A stretch of 64,000 bases of DNA from Lama glama (lineage: Eukaryota). The position numbers and the translations under genes are program-made. Positions 25,749-39,049 of this stretch are shown piece after piece. The notes under the pieces are model-generated. The model worked only from the letters and a program-made list of their open reading frames with translations, was not told the DNA's origin and made no database searches. Within the stretch, counting starts at the first letter, position 1. Each line of letters starts with the position of its first letter. The DNA is taken from contig CM052832.1 in the NCBI GenBank assembly GCA_028534125.1, positions 23,562,001 through 23,626,000 of the forward strand, written 5' to 3'.

Positions 25749-27199
25749 GTAAGTGTCATTCTTAAAAAATGTCATTAAAAAACTGGCAGTGATTCGACGT
25801 GTATAAGTAATGTTGAATATATTTTTATGCGACGCTTTACAGCGTATTGATACCATTCACGGTCTCAGAAACCCAGGATCAACATCCCCCAAACAGACAG
25901 AAAGGGCTCTCTTCAGCCTGCTTGGTTGTGAGGGTTGTGCAGTGTGGCCGAGAGGCCCAGCGATTTGACGTTGCTGAGTTTACACTAATGCCACTCTTTG
26001 AAACTCTTCTCCCCAAGGTTGCCAGGATGTCCTTCTGGACAAATCTGGACTTATGTGAATACTGTTTGGTAATTAATTCAGCCCTTTCCCTTTGACAGAG
26101 TCTCCTGCTTCAGTTTCCATTCCTTTCCACCCTACTGGATCCTCCCTCCATTGACTGACCCGTTTCCTTGTCCTACTCCTTGACGTCAATGCCTTCTCAC
26201 ATCCTGGCTCGATGTTTTACCCCTACTTTTATTGTCATTGCTTTAGAAAGCCCTTAAGACAAACTGCTGTCTGTTGCTGAAGAATGCTGATAAATAAATG
26301 AGCAAGTTCACCCCCCTCCTTAGATGTGCCGTGGCAGTTCCTGCATCACTTCACGCTCAGTGTGACTAAAATTCATCTGCAGGGGAACCCACTCCAGCCA
26401 ATTGAATGTAGACAGTTTTAGTATTGCTTAAATCAGAAATAGAGTGCAGTCACCACTTTAAACACACTGAGATCCGGAAATGAACTAAAACCCCTCTCTG
26501 GCAGGAAGGCGCTAAGTCAGCACTTTTGCTAAGATGCCTGGCTCATAGCTCAGTGTCTCGGGTCAGTGTCCACTTCCTCCTGTCACTTATAAGTAAGAGC
26601 TGGGGAGCTTGTGCTTTGCATCCAGCTCTAACTCGTACTAGATATGGGAAAAATTGTCTGACCTCCATGAACTTCAGTGTCCTTGTGTGCAAAATCAGGA
26701 AAATACTTCTTTTATAAAGGCTCATCCTTCAGACATTGTATAAGACCCCATAGGTTCCGGGTGTTCTAAGGCAGGTGTACAAAGTCGAATAAGGAAAGGT
26801 CCCTGTCCTTGGAGAGCCACAGTGTTGGAGAAAGGAGGCAGATCAGCACGCAGTAGATGGCTGTCCGGGAGAGTTAGAGGGAAATGAAGTAACCACTGTT
26901 ATTGGGTATCTGGAAGGCTCAATAAATATTAGCTCTTTTCGCCTTAGGAACTTGCAAAGGGAAAATAGGTAATTAACAGGGAAAGAGGGCAATTGCAGGG
27001 GGGAAGAATGGGAGAAACATTCGTACACTGAGAGAATGGAAGCTCACACCAGGCTGGGTGGAGGTGGGGCAGGGAGGTGCACGTGGAAGGGTGGTGACAT
27101 GCGTCAGAGGGGCCATAATTAGTACATGTCCTGTCCTGATGGGCAGGATTGTGTTCTCATATTTCTTGCTTATAACATTTTTTTATGCTTTGCCTCTAG

Positions 27200-27334
27200 G
27201 ATATTGAGTCATTGATGTCTGAGGGAAATAAGTCCCGGACAGTAGCTGCAACCAACATGAATGAAGAAAGCAGCCGCTCCCATGCTGTGTTCAACATCAT
27301 AATCACACAGACGCTCTATGACCTGCAGTCTGGG
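27200..27334 (+). CDS. KIF13A: KIF13A exon (~8): [45 protein letters not shown] (switch I)
   Basis: gcctctag| ... |gtgagg, 135 nt; NxxSSRSH switch I motif. Confidence 0.97.
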
Positions 27335-28007
27335 GTGAGGGACCCGGGGAACCTTTGGTGGCAGTAAAAGAACTCAAAATATCTGCGTGGGTGAGCTGTT
27401 TCCTGGCTGGATTCAGTTGCTGAGATTTTATGCCGGCTCTTCTACCTACTAGATGAGGCTCTTTGCTAAAGTCATTTAATTTGTTAGGTCTTCCTTAACA
27501 TATAACTTCTTTAAAAAAATTGGATTTGTTGTGTAAACTGCCTAAAGAGCACGATGGTGTCGCCATATGGTTTTTACTGTGTATCCTTCCATACTGAAAT
27601 TCCCCTAAAAACAGCTGAGTTTGCCTCATGGTTGTTAAGGGATATTAAAGAGGAAACCACAACATTTAGCCTGAAAAAAAGAATTTGATCTGAATGTGCA
27701 GGAATCCTCATGTCCCAGTGTGTTCTCATAGGCACTTAAAAGCTCCAGCTTTCTGCCTATATTCTGGAAAACTGAGTGAGCTTGCGGCCCAGGTGCAAAA
27801 CACAATGCTGCACTGCCCCCAGCTTCAGTTCTGACCCTGAAATTGCTCATCCAAAGAGCCCTGCTTACCACTTAAGAAGAAGAAACTTCTTGAGGAGTTT
27901 GCCTTCTTGGCGCAGGATGGCGTCAGTTACAGGGCTGACGTACGTGTAGTCATCTGTGCGGTTTTCACATTCACGTGTGTTGTTTCTCTCTTGTTTCCCA
28001 CAACTAG

Positions 28008-28120
28008 AACTCAGGAGAGAAAGTCAGCAAGGTCAGCTTGGTAGACCTGGCGGGTAGCGAAAGGGTGTCTAAGACGGGAGCCGCAGGAGAGCGACTGAAA
28101 GAAGGCAGCAACATTAACAA
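28008..28120 (+). CDS. KIF13A: KIF13A exon (~9): [37 protein letters not shown](K) (switch II)
   Basis: caactag| ... |gtaagg, 113 nt; DLAGSE switch II motif. Confidence 0.97.
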
Positions 28121-28443
28121 GTAAGGGGACTGGGGCGACTGCCGTGTGAAACTGGAACATCCCACCCAGTTCCTGTGTGTCTAGGGGGACTTACTGTGTG
28201 ATCAGGGGTCAGAAGGTTCCAATCACAGGTGGTTCAGAGTCTGTGTAGCTTTAGTAAACTGGTTTCAAGAAAAACATCCGCCTGCCTCTACTGAGATACG
28301 TGATGTTTATTTAAGTAAAACTGCATGGTGCAGCTCGGCTCAAACATTGTACAAACTTTGTGTCGTTGTGTCATGTCGTCTTAGGTAAGTACAAGTCACA
28401 GTTCTGTAAATCAAATCCTATCTTAACTGTAGGAGCTTATTCT

Positions 28444-28582
28444 TTTTTTTTAATGGTTTGTTTTTGAGATGCGAAGTAATTAGATTTATTTATTTATTTT
28501 AATGGAGATGATGGGGATTGAACCCAGGACCTCATGCATGCTAAGGATACACTCTACCACTGAGCTACATATACCCTCCCCC
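28444..28582 (-). mobile_element. tRNA-derived SINE (Vic-1-like)
   Basis: reverse head ggggattgaacccaggacctcatgcatgctaag...cactgagcta; TSD gcttattct. Confidence 0.85.
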
Positions 28583-29049
28583 TAGAAGTGCTTATTCTGA
28601 ATAGAAGCTCTTTAGATCCCTTTATAAGGCTGATACTGTTTAAACATCAATACTGCCACCCCCCCCAAAGGTAACAGTTATTGAATAACTGCCACTCTGA
28701 AATCTCACCCTTTGCCTTGAGTGCCTGCAGCGTGCCCAGGGATGCTGCAAAGGCTGGAGGAGAGCCCAGCTGTGCAGGATGTGTAGGAGTTGGACGGGTG
28801 GGCAAAGAAGATGAAGGCATGCCACACGAAGGGTACAGCAGGGCACAAATGAAGGGCTTGTTCTTTCAGTCGTGCTGTATCCTGGGGGGCTGCTGATATG
28901 CAAGAGAAGTCCCCCTGTTCTCCAGCATGGGAGGGAACAGAGTTTGCATTTAAGAGTGTGTACTTTAAAATAAAAAAAAAGAGTATGTACTTGAGCAGGA
29001 CTCCTTGAGTCTGATCCTGCGCCCCCCCACCCCCCGCTTACTGGATGTA

Positions 29050-29215
29050 TCTTTGTCATGGGCAGGTGAGTTCACCTCTCTGTGCTTCATTTTTCCCATC
29101 CGCAGAATGGTGATAATCGCAGTACCTACTTTGTAGAATTGTTGAGGACTAAATGCCTATAAGGTACTTAGAACAATGCCTGGCACGTAGTATGCACTGA
29201 ATAAATATTAATTGT
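29050..29215 (+). mobile_element. MIR SINE
   Basis: ctctctgtgcttcatttttcccatccgcagaatgg...cttagaacaatgcctggcacgtagtatgcact. Confidence 0.65.
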
Positions 29216-29809
29216 TGTAGCTATTATTTGTATAATCTGTATAAACAGCATAATCATTATTCCAAGTTCAGCAGAAAATAGTTTCCTTTGTACTTACAAT
29301 ATTTTTTCTGTTGAGACATAATATGCAGTTTTCTATTATAGGACAGAAGGTGATAAGAGGTAATATATTCAGGAACGTGTTTGTGCAGCATGCATTTTAA
29401 CATGATGCTAGCGCATTGTGATTTTACAAAAGTTAAAAATTAGCAGTGAAATATCACCCCCGCTATCAGATGGACACAGCCATGCTCACTGCGCAGCTGC
29501 TTCTTTAGGGGGTTAACTTCCAGTCATTCTGTCTCCTGCTCTAATAACAAAGGATTTTGCTCTATTTCCTGACAAGGCATTGCAGGAGCCCAGACTGGCA
29601 CTGCAGCTCTGCGTTCCACAGTGAGTGCAAGAACCAGGATGGGAAAGCAGAAATGGGAGTTTGAGGAAGCAGGTACCAACGAGCAGACTGTCACCCCCTA
29701 TAGATTTGTGGCTAGGCTTTTAGGAAGACACTGGGAATTCTGTGCTATGAATTTGTGGGAATTTAGAGTATGACTGGCCTTGATGTATGATGATCACTTT
29801 TACTGACCT

Positions 29810-30020
29810 CTTACTATATGCCAGGCACTGTTCTCAATGCTCTATATGTAACAACTCATCTGATCAGCATTGTGAGATGGGTCTGTTATCCCCATTTTAC
29901 AGATGAGGAAACCGAGGCAGAGAGCAGATAAATAACGTGTCTGGGGTCACAAAGCTCTTAGTGTGGATCTTAGATTTGGTTGTAGGCAGTTTGGCTCTAG
30001 AGCCAGGCTCACCCACTGTG
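29810..30020 (-). mobile_element. MIR SINE
   Basis: ccccattttacagatgaggaaaccgaggcagagag core. Confidence 0.7.
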
Positions 30021-30556
30021 CTGTATGGGGGGTGCCCAAGTGTTCTGTTTGCCTGGAAGAGTCCTGATTGATACTTTTGTCCCAGAGTGAATATTTATAG
30101 TGCTCACTTCAATTTGGACACTAAATTATGCAGTGTCCCAAACTGGACTGCCTCATAGCCACATGATCACGTAATTTAGATACTCCAGCAGCTGGCTCTT
30201 TTCCATGATGGCTTGCTGCATTGAATGGAATTCTCTGGAGCATCCTACTGTCTGTCCTTATACACACATTAGCTCTTTCACAAATGGATGGATGTTTTCC
30301 TTACCACTAGTCTATGAGATATCTACATTTTTAGGGCTCTTTATAGTTTTCAATGCACTTTCATATGCACTCTTTCATATGAGGTTCCTAATACGTATTT
30401 TTAATCTCTGCTTAAAGATGAGGAAACTGTTGGTTGGAGGTATGTAAGCCGTATGAATACAAGCTGAGCAGACATTTAGTAATAAGTCTCTGCTAGTGTC
30501 TAGCACTGCACTAGATGCTGCAGATGCAAGAGGAATTTAGATACCATCATAGACAC

Positions 30557-31005
30557 AATATTGCTTCCCTGCTCCCCAAATACGTCTAGGCCCTAATTCC
30601 CCAAACTTGTGCATCTGAGACCTCACAAAGGGATTTTGCGGGTGTGAATAAGTTAAGGTTTTGAGATGAGAGGATTATTCAGTGGGTCTGATGTAATCAC
30701 AAAGCTCCTTACAGGTAAAAGGAGGAAGTAGGAGAGCAGAGTGAGAGTGATGTAGGGGGAGAAAGACCTCACAGTCCACTGGAAATGGAGGAGGGGCCAG
30801 GAGCCAGGAGCTGGGGTGGTTTGCAGAAGCTGGAACAAGCCAGGAGACGGATTCTCCCCTAGAGCATCCAGAAGGAACATGCCCTGTTGACACCTTGGTT
30901 TTAGCCCAGTGAAGCACATTCTGGACTTCTAGCCTCCAGACCTGGAAGGTAATACCCTTATGTTGCTTTAAGCTGCTGTGTCTGTGGTCATTTGTTACGT
31001 CATGA
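30557..31005 (+). mobile_element. MaLR solo LTR (MLT1-like)
   Basis: gagatgagaggattattc...gattctcccctagagcatccagaaggaac...gacaccttggttttagcccagtga...ttgtggtcatttgttac-type end. Confidence 0.75.
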
Positions 31006-31469
31006 CTGCTGCCCTCAAGGAACATGTAGGCTAAGATGCAGTGAGTTACTTCATCTGAAAAAGCAGAAGGTGGGGGCGACTTTCTTGACCAGGTGTTGTT
31101 GAGAAGTGCTACATAACCCAGCATTCAAGCGTGGAGCTGTTTTTTAGGGCACGTTTACCAGCCTGTGAGGGTTTGCCAAGTTGCTCTTACGCTTTTCCCA
31201 AAATTACTGGCTTGAAGGGAGTGGAGCTGCCTCTGAGCCTTAGTCCAGGGCTATTTTCTTTACTGCACACGTCCCTCCCATCTCCCTGAGTTGGTGCATA
31301 TGCTCCGGGAGCCCACCATGGATCCAGGTGTCCACCAGGTGGCCTCCAAGTTCTCAGCGTGGTCCTTGGTACGTAGTCACTGAGTGAATGGGACATCTCC
31401 TTACAGTAAGACCATGCCATGGGGTCTGCGCAGCTGTCTTAGAGAGCTTTATGGAAAGAGAGGCCGATA

Positions 31470-31898
31470 GTCCTCCACCTGAAATTCCAGAATCCAGAGT
31501 GCTCTGAAAACCCAGTGCTCTTCTGTTTTTCTTCATAGCTCACTTGTTAATGAACCTGCATCTGAACTCTGATGAGGTCTTTATCTTCATTTATGGTCTT
31601 TATTTACTCATTTAGTGTGGCCATTCATAAGTTTAGCTGTAGACATGTTTATTTATTTATTTATTTTTAGAGGAGGTACTGGGGATTGAACCCAAACCTC
31701 ATGCATGCTAAGCATGCGCTCTACCACTTGGGCTATCCCCTCCCCCTAACTGTAGAAATGTTAATGAATTTTTACTGCGAGGTGCTGCCCCAGGTGGTCA
31801 TGTGTAGTGTATCTACTGGACTTCCTCAAGTCCAAAATATTCTGAATTTCAAAGCACACGTGGCCCCAAGGATTTCAGACAAGAGATAAATGGACCTG
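31470..31898. mobile_element. TcMar-Tigger MITE (MER46C-like)
   Basis: end ...ttctgaatttcaaagcacacgtggccccaaggatttcagacaagagataaatggacctg resembles the MER46C terminus. Confidence 0.55.
31647..31745 (-). mobile_element. tRNA-derived SINE (Vic-1-like) inserted into a Tigger-type element
   Basis: same head; TSD-like ctgtagacatgtt / ctgtagaaatgtt. Confidence 0.85.
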
Positions 31899-34014
31899 CG
31901 CTTTTTTGCTCCATTTAGCAGATGTGTTTTGAACACTGACTTGGGCATAAGAAGAAAGGGATGAGTAAGATCAGGCCCTGGCCTCGGGAAGTTCAAGGTC
32001 CAGTGGAGAAAGGACACCTTGGAGGGGGGCTGTTAAGACATTAAGTGCTGTGGAAAGTTCCCCACAGGGTGCAGTGGGAACGTGGGTCACAACATAGCTG
32101 GAAGGTTCAGGGAGGGCTTCCCAGAGGAGATACTGGAGTTTCTTAGCTACAAAAATGAAGTGTGTGACCTTCCTGAGCTTCCGTTTCCTCAACTCTAAAA
32201 TGCGGTTGAGGAAACGACACTGTAAGGCTGTTATGAGGATTCATCAGTAACTGTTTGTAGCGTGCTTAGAGCATGCTTAGCTGCACATAGTAAGCTCTGT
32301 GTAAGCATGTACAAATAAGGTAAAATAAATAATATATTGAAACGGCTGCCCGGTAGTTCTACAAAGGCCTTTTTAAGCGTTAAAGTCAGTGGCCAGTCAA
32401 GTGCTAGGATTAAAGAAATCGCTAACATGTTTCCTGGGCTTTCTCTCCACCTCCTGTTGGGGCTTCTTTGGATGGAACGTTAATAATCCTCTTAAGCAGA
32501 CCTGTCCGGGACTTCACCCAGACATTAGTGTCTGCTTAATGGGCTGTGGATTTAGGAGCTTCATCTCCCCTTAAGCTCTTAAGAGCTTTCCAGCGCACGT
32601 TACTCCTTTACGCGCAGTGCTGATGCGCTGGGTGGCCGCACCTCCATGGCTTGTTCAGGACTAGGGCGATAGGTCGGCTTCAGGCCATCTTCGCAGGGGA
32701 TGCATCTGTAAAATTCGTCTGGTGCTGCACCTATCTACTGAGGGTGGGAGGACGAAGCCTTTCCCTGCCGCTGCAGTCTGGCTGGTTCAGCTGCTCTGAG
32801 AACTCACTTAGCTCACGGAACCCTCTCTGATAACCCCAGGAATGGCATTGAAAATGCTTCTGTTTTATTCTCAGCATTGCCGGCCACTAAATGCAAACAG
32901 TATTCGTCTGATGACTATCTTAGCCAGTCTCATTTCCATTTCAATTACTGTAGTCGGTAATAAAGAATATGTTAAACGTTTCCAAAAATGGGTTCTACTC
33001 AACACTTGTTCTAGGGATATTAATATATGTTACTCTTAGGGTTGTCATAGAATTTATGTTATAATAAGTTACAAGCACAATGTTTCTAGTATTTCTTATG
33101 GTGCAATCCTCCTTTTTTTCTTCTTGAGTATTCCCCATGTCTCTTGTTCATGTCCTCTCAGAAACCTCACGTAAATGGGTATTCCTGAATAACCAAACGT
33201 GCACTTGTACTTAGGGGTGATAAAAGTGGCCGGCCTTCTGTCCCTTATTCGAGGGCAGGTGGGGGTGTCCTTGTTAATTTACCACTTGTACATTGCAGGG
33301 TCCACATGTGAGGGAAAAAAAAAATCTGAAGAAAGGTCTCTGTATTTCACACCAAAGACCGCAAAGGACAGAGCAGGAATCTCCTGGGAAAGCAGTAGCC
33401 ACATCTTTTGGGGCACGTGCCATTGTTCCTTCAGTGTTTCCCAAAGGGTCCTTGTGAAATACAAATTTCTCAGGTGGCTCTGGGGGAAAAAAAGATCCTA
33501 GATAAATAATTTTGAAAAAGGCTTCTTATAAAACGTTTGTTTGGAGATTCACAGTGCTAAAAGCTCTGAGAAGTCCTGCAATAATGAATCCTCTGTAACT
33601 TCATCATACCCTGAACTTATGTGATGACAGAATCCTAGGTGTAACACATATTAACATCTCTAGAACAAATGTGTTTTTGGAAGTGTTCGTATATACTTTT
33701 TTAAATTAAACCATGGCAATTGAAATGGAAATGAGATTGGGAATGATATTCGTTGGATGAATGTCATTTGGGTTTAATAATTTGCATTAGCCACTGGGAA
33801 ACAGTGGTGAGTGGAAATGAGGCCCATGCTGTAGATATCATTAGATGTCTTTCCTCTCCTGTCATTTGGTGGCACTGTCCTTTCCCCATGATTTGCCACA
33901 TATATTCTTTGTATTCCTCCTTTCCTGTAAAGAGTGGGGATTTCCTGAAGAAGAGTGCTAAACTCATTTCCACTAACTTCATCACCTTTCAGCTAATTCT
34001 GTAAAAGCCTAGGA

Positions 34015-34460
34015 TTGTATTCTGCTGTAACAGAAACCAGTTGCAGTGACGACCAAATGATGAGCTTGTTTTTCTCAGTGAGTCCAGAGGCTGGGACAGC
34101 GTCTCAGAAGTGTTGTCAGGCACACACCTGTACTAACCTTAGTGTGTGTTCACATGGTTCTCGTGACCTCAAGACAGCTCTGCCATTCCAGGCATCGTCT
34201 CCCTATCTGTGTTCCAAACAGGAAGGGGAAAGAACCACTGGCTTTTGTCAGCTGAAGATGTACCTTTTCTATCAGGAGAACAAGAGCTCGCTTAGAAGCC
34301 CCTCCCGGTGATACCTTCCTACATCTCATGAGAGAACTGTGTTTCATGGCTTCTCCGAGCTGCAGAGGACTCTGGAAAGTAGCGTTTAGCTTGGCACACA
34401 CTTCCCGGGAAAATCAGGCTTCTGTTAGCAAGTAAGAAGGGAGGAATGGTCACTGGGCCA
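34015..34460 (-). mobile_element. Old MaLR LTR remnant (MLT1K/L-like)
   Basis: tgtattctgctgtaacagaaac...gctgcagaggactctggaaagtag..tttagc. Confidence 0.45.
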
Positions 34461-35969
34461 GCACCCACAGAGTGTACCGAAACCATCACAGAATTAGTCC
34501 TTTTTAAAGAGCAGTCCATGTTCTGTTGTAGACTCAGTTTAACTTGGCGAATACTGACTGAGTGCTTTCTGTGAGCCAGGCACAGTAGTGTCTGCCTCCA
34601 GGGCGATCACAATCTAAGTAGAAAGAGATGGGGAAAAAAACTCTAATAAAGTTTAGTAAGGACTACACTGATGATCTTAGAAAAAGATGGTTGGAAACAT
34701 GGGTTAAATAGCTTGAAATCCATCCTAAACAGTACAAATAGCTCAACATCACATCAGATCTACTCCTAAGGGAAGGAATCTAGTGGTTAGGGTTTCAAGG
34801 GAAACTATGTAGGTTTGAGCAAGGTATAGAAAAACAAACAAAAAAGCAAAAGAAGGTTGAATCATGTCAATGTGTTGTTGTTTTTTTTTTTCAGTAAGCC
34901 TTTTTATTTTGTTTTTAATCTTATTTTGTTTTATTTACTTTCCTTTTGATCCAGATTTCTACATTGTTTAGATGGCTGTCTGTTTATAAACGTTATCCCC
35001 TCCCCAAAGTCTTCCTTCCTCTCCAGTCAGCCCCTCCCCCTTCTCTGCCCCACCCCTGCCCTAGAACTAGTGGTGAAAGATTTCAGGAGATTTGCAGCTT
35101 CCTTACCATCTCCACCTCCAACAGGTTCAGAAAAGGAGCAGTGCTTTGGTAGAATTATAAAGATTCTCAGAGTAACATTTGCAGCCCCTAAAATTGGCAA
35201 AAAAACAAAAACAAAAACAAAAACCAACAGAAGGCAACCTCCCACCCCATTCTGGACACGTGTGAGCTGCCCATTTGCCTTCAGGCTCCTAGGATCCATC
35301 GTTAGTGATTTTGTTATGTTTTTAAGCTTCCTGGAAATAAAATTCTTATCAAAATATACATGCCTGGTGTTGAACTTGCAAAATTTCAAATGGTTCTTGG
35401 GATTCTCAGAGCCTCTGGATCACTGCTTCTAGGGGAAACCTAGAAGTGGGGGATGGCATGGACCCCTTGTTACTGGGTTAAACTGGTGACCTCTCAATCA
35501 TCAATGAGTTCCACTCATTCTGCAGTTTATTTCTTTTTCTTTCAGAGGGACCATAATAGGTTTAGATGAAGTTCTTGTTTTGAATGTGTGCACACTATAG
35601 GTAAAGGGCGTGGCACCTATGAATGATTAGCTTCTCTAAGTGGATAAATTATAGCTCTGTAGGACCACTGTTAACCTTTGAGTTGCTAATATTGACCTAT
35701 GAGTCACTAAGCTCTTTATACTTTATAGGAATTAATTTCTGTTGCATTTGGTTATTAAAAATCTGGGATAGTCTGAGGAATTGTTTCCAAATGAAAATTT
35801 TATTTCAGTAGATGCAAAATGTGGAAAACGGCCTATATTCTATATTAAAGCAAAAATGTGTTTTTCCCCTTATACTGAACTCCTTTTTTCCTCTATCTCA
35901 TATATATCATATGCCATTTTCTTTCTTAAAATTGTTGCCTCTGGGAGGAGTGACTGAACTTGAATTTTT

Positions 35970-36935
35970 TTTTTTTGAGAAAGTTGTATTGAGAAATAAT
36001 TTACATACCATATATACTTTACCATTTTAAAGCATGCAGTTCAGTAGCTTTATAATATTCACAGAGCTGTGTAACCATCGCCACAATCTAGGTTTAAGAC
36101 ATCTTCATCCCCAAAAGAAACCTGTGTCCAGATCATTCCCCATTTACCCCACCTCCCCAGCCCTAGGCAACCACAGCCGCCATCTCTATAGATTTGCCTG
36201 TTTTGGATATTTCATATATAAGTGGGATCCAATACTACATGTCAGTTTCCTAGTGTTACAGAACAGACTACCACAAACTGGATGGGCTAAAACAATAGAA
36301 ATGTATTTTCTCACCGCTCTGAAGGCCAGAAGTCCAAAATCAGGGGATTGGCAGGGTTGGTTCCTTCTTGGGTGCTCAGAGGGAAAAATCTACTCCTTGC
36401 CCCTCTTCTGCCTTCTCGTGGTTGCTGGCATTCCTTGGCTAGTGGGTGCATCGCTCCAGTCTCTGTCTCCGTTTTCACAAAGTGTTCCCCCCATGTGTCT
36501 TTGTGTCTTCTCATGGCTTTGTTATAAAATAAGTAATGTCTGTCATTGGATCAGAGCTCTCCCTAAGCCAGTGTGATCTCATTTTAACTAATTATATCTG
36601 CAAGGACCCGACTTCCAAGTGAGGTCACATCTGAGGTTCTGTTGGATGTGAGTTTGGTGGGGACATTATTCAACCCAGGACAGTGGCCTTTTTTGTTTTG
36701 ACGCCTTTCGCTTACCACAAATTTTCAAGGCTCATCCGTGTTGTAGCATGTATCAGAAATTCATTCCTCCCTTATGATACTTCAACATAAGGACATACCA
36801 CATTTTATTCTTCCCTTCATCATTTGATGGACATTTGGGCTGTTTCCACATGTTGGCTGTTGTGAATAATGCTGCTATGAGAATCCTTGCACAAGTTTTT
36901 GGGTGGACATATGTTTTCATTTTTCTTGGGGTGGA
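35970..36935 (-). mobile_element. L1MB-like 3' end interrupted by a MaLR LTR
   Basis: attgagaaataatttacataccat...cagccctaggcaaccac...; resumes after 36682 with caaggctcatccgtgttgtagcatgtatcag...gatggacatttgggctgtttcca. Confidence 0.7.
36240..36682 (-). mobile_element. MaLR solo LTR (MLT1B/C-like) nested in the L1
   Basis: taccacaaactggatgggctaaaacaatagaaatgtatt...ggccagaagtccaaaatcagg...gaggtcacatctgaggt...attcaaccca. Confidence 0.75.
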
Positions 36936-37504
36936 TTTGTTTAACTTTTAGATCTGTCAATTATGATGTACATATTTATGTCATTTGGCAGTAATGGCTG
37001 TTAGTTATTAAAATCCTGGCTCATTTTCTGCCTCTTGGAATTGCTGTGTATTTCAATGACTTTTCCAGTGACTCACCTTTGGAGAATTATGAGTTGTGAG
37101 AAATATGCCTTTATTCTTTTCTATTCTTTTATTTAATGGAAATCTACTGTTAACACTAGAAAGAAAGATGTGTAGCCTTACACTTGCTAAACTCTAGTCA
37201 CGTGCTGATTTGTGCCTTTCCTTGTTTTTGTAAGTAGGTAGAACGTCCAATTTTTTAACCATTTACAAAGGGTTTTGTCTTTATGATAAGTTGTAACTGC
37301 CCTTGCAGGGAGGTGCCCTGAGACTGCTCTCTTCTGGCTGCTTAACTTGGGATCCAGTCGATTTTCTTTCAAAAGAGCAGTTGGTACTTAACCAGAGGGT
37401 GTTCTCAGTCCCTCAGCTCCACAGATCTGTTGTTTCTGCAGTGATCTTTTCTCCAAGTGCAGAGAACGTGCATTAACTGTCAGGGAAAACTCATTAGTCT
37501 AGAC

Positions 37505-37690
37505 CAGTGGTTCTGACTCTACCTGCATCAGAATCACCTGGAAGGCTCGTTCAAGCTCAGATTCCTGGGTCTCACTATGCGTGTCTGATACAGTCGGCCT
37601 GGGGTGGGGCCTGAGAATGTGCATTTCTAACAGGGTCCAAAGTCATGTTGGTGCTGCTGGTCCCAGCGCCACATTTTGAGACTCATCGGC
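37505..37690. mobile_element. hAT-Charlie MITE (MER5A-like)
   Basis: cagtggttct...tgcatcagaatcacctgga...ggggtggggcctgagaatgtgcatttctaaca... Confidence 0.75.
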
Positions 37691-38344
37691 CTGGCACCCA
37701 AATGCACGTATCACTTTGACTATTGTTCAGCCAGGGCTTCTCAAAATTTAATGTGCATGTAAGTCGCCTGGAGATAACCCTCACTGGTTCTGACCCAGTA
37801 GGCCTGGGAAGGCTTCCAAGACTCTGCTTGGGTAGTTTTTTGCCTTCGTTCAACTGTAGTCACTCCATAATGAAACAAGCTTGCCTGCTTTAAGCAGATG
37901 ATCAGGATATAACTTTAACATGTAGTGGAGGGGTGCTCTGCAAGTTACATGATAATTGTGGGGAAATCAGGGTCCAGAATGGCCCAGATTAGACCCAAAG
38001 AGAAAATGGTTCAGACCTTTAACATATATTTGGAGTTAATTAAAATTCTCTAGTGTGATCTTTTATATGTATGTTTCCAGGTTCTAAAATGTATGTTTCA
38101 CATGTCCTGTGATTGAACAGAATAGATCCTTATGGGGATTCTAAATTCATTCTCTTAAATTAATGGGGTTACTTCTTGTTTTCCCTTTTCTCAGCCTCCT
38201 GGCAAATTAACGTAGACTTGATTCTATCAACTTTAGGGACTTATTGTTCAGCATATTTTATACTTACCACCTAGAAGGATTTTTGTTTTATGGAAACAAA
38301 ATCAATATTTCATAAAGCTAACTTTTGTCTTTTTCTCTTGGCAG

Positions 38345-38456
38345 GTCACTTACAACCTTGGGGTTGGTTATCTCATCGTTGGCTGACCAGGCAGCTGGCA
38401 AGGGTAAAAACAAATTTGTGCCTTATCGGGATTCGGTCCTCACTTGGCTTCTTAAG
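38345..38456 (+). CDS. KIF13A: KIF13A exon (~10): [37 protein letters not shown] (K-loop/L12)
   Basis: ttggcag| ... |gtaatt, 112 nt; [13 protein letters not shown] motif. Confidence 0.97.
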
Positions 38457-38836
38457 GTAATTCATTGTTCCAGTGTTTCTTTTCCAGCCAGAAACTGGCT
38501 GTTTCAGGGGTGGCAGCTGAGATGTGTGCAGAGCTAATGAGGTAACTACACAGCGAACTCCTGACAATGCTATTATCCTGATTCCTAAACATGCAGAATG
38601 AAAGCTCATTCCTGTTGCCTTTTTCCATTAAAATGCTGTTCAGCAGGCACTATGCATTGCTGTGAAGAGAGATCTCCTTTCATTTTGTTATAAAATTATT
38701 TGTGGAATACAGACTCATTTCCATGTCATGTTGTCTTCGCTGAGAATGTGACCCGTGCATGTTTACTGCTTTCCTCGTGTGTGTTGTGCGTAGAATGAGC
38801 CTCGTTTCCAAATATGATCTTTGAAATATTCTGCAG

Positions 38837-39049
38837 GACAATTTGGGGGGCAACAGCCAGACCTCTATGATCGCCACCATCAGCCCAGCAGCGGACAACT
38901 ATGAAGAGACCCTCTCCACACTAAGATACGCAGATCGGGCCAAAAGAATCGTTAACCATGCCATTGTGAATGAGGACCCCAATGCAAAAGTCATCCGGGA
39001 GCTGCGGGAGGAAGTGGAGAAACTCAGAGAGCAGCTCTCGCAGGCGGAG
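38837..39049 (+). CDS. KIF13A: KIF13A exon (~11): [18 protein letters not shown]...[27 protein letters not shown] (motor end, neck linker, neck coil)
   Basis: ctgcag| ... |gtactg, 213 nt; [13 protein letters not shown] and VNEDPNA motifs. Confidence 0.97.

Noticed and set aside
28381..28390. ttag|gtaagt recursive-splice-like motif
   Set aside because: Modest pyrimidine tract, only about 260 nt into a 10-kb intron; compatible with chance
36034..36576. 180-aa ORF
   Set aside because: Runs across an L1/MaLR junction in non-coding repeat sequence; chance ORF
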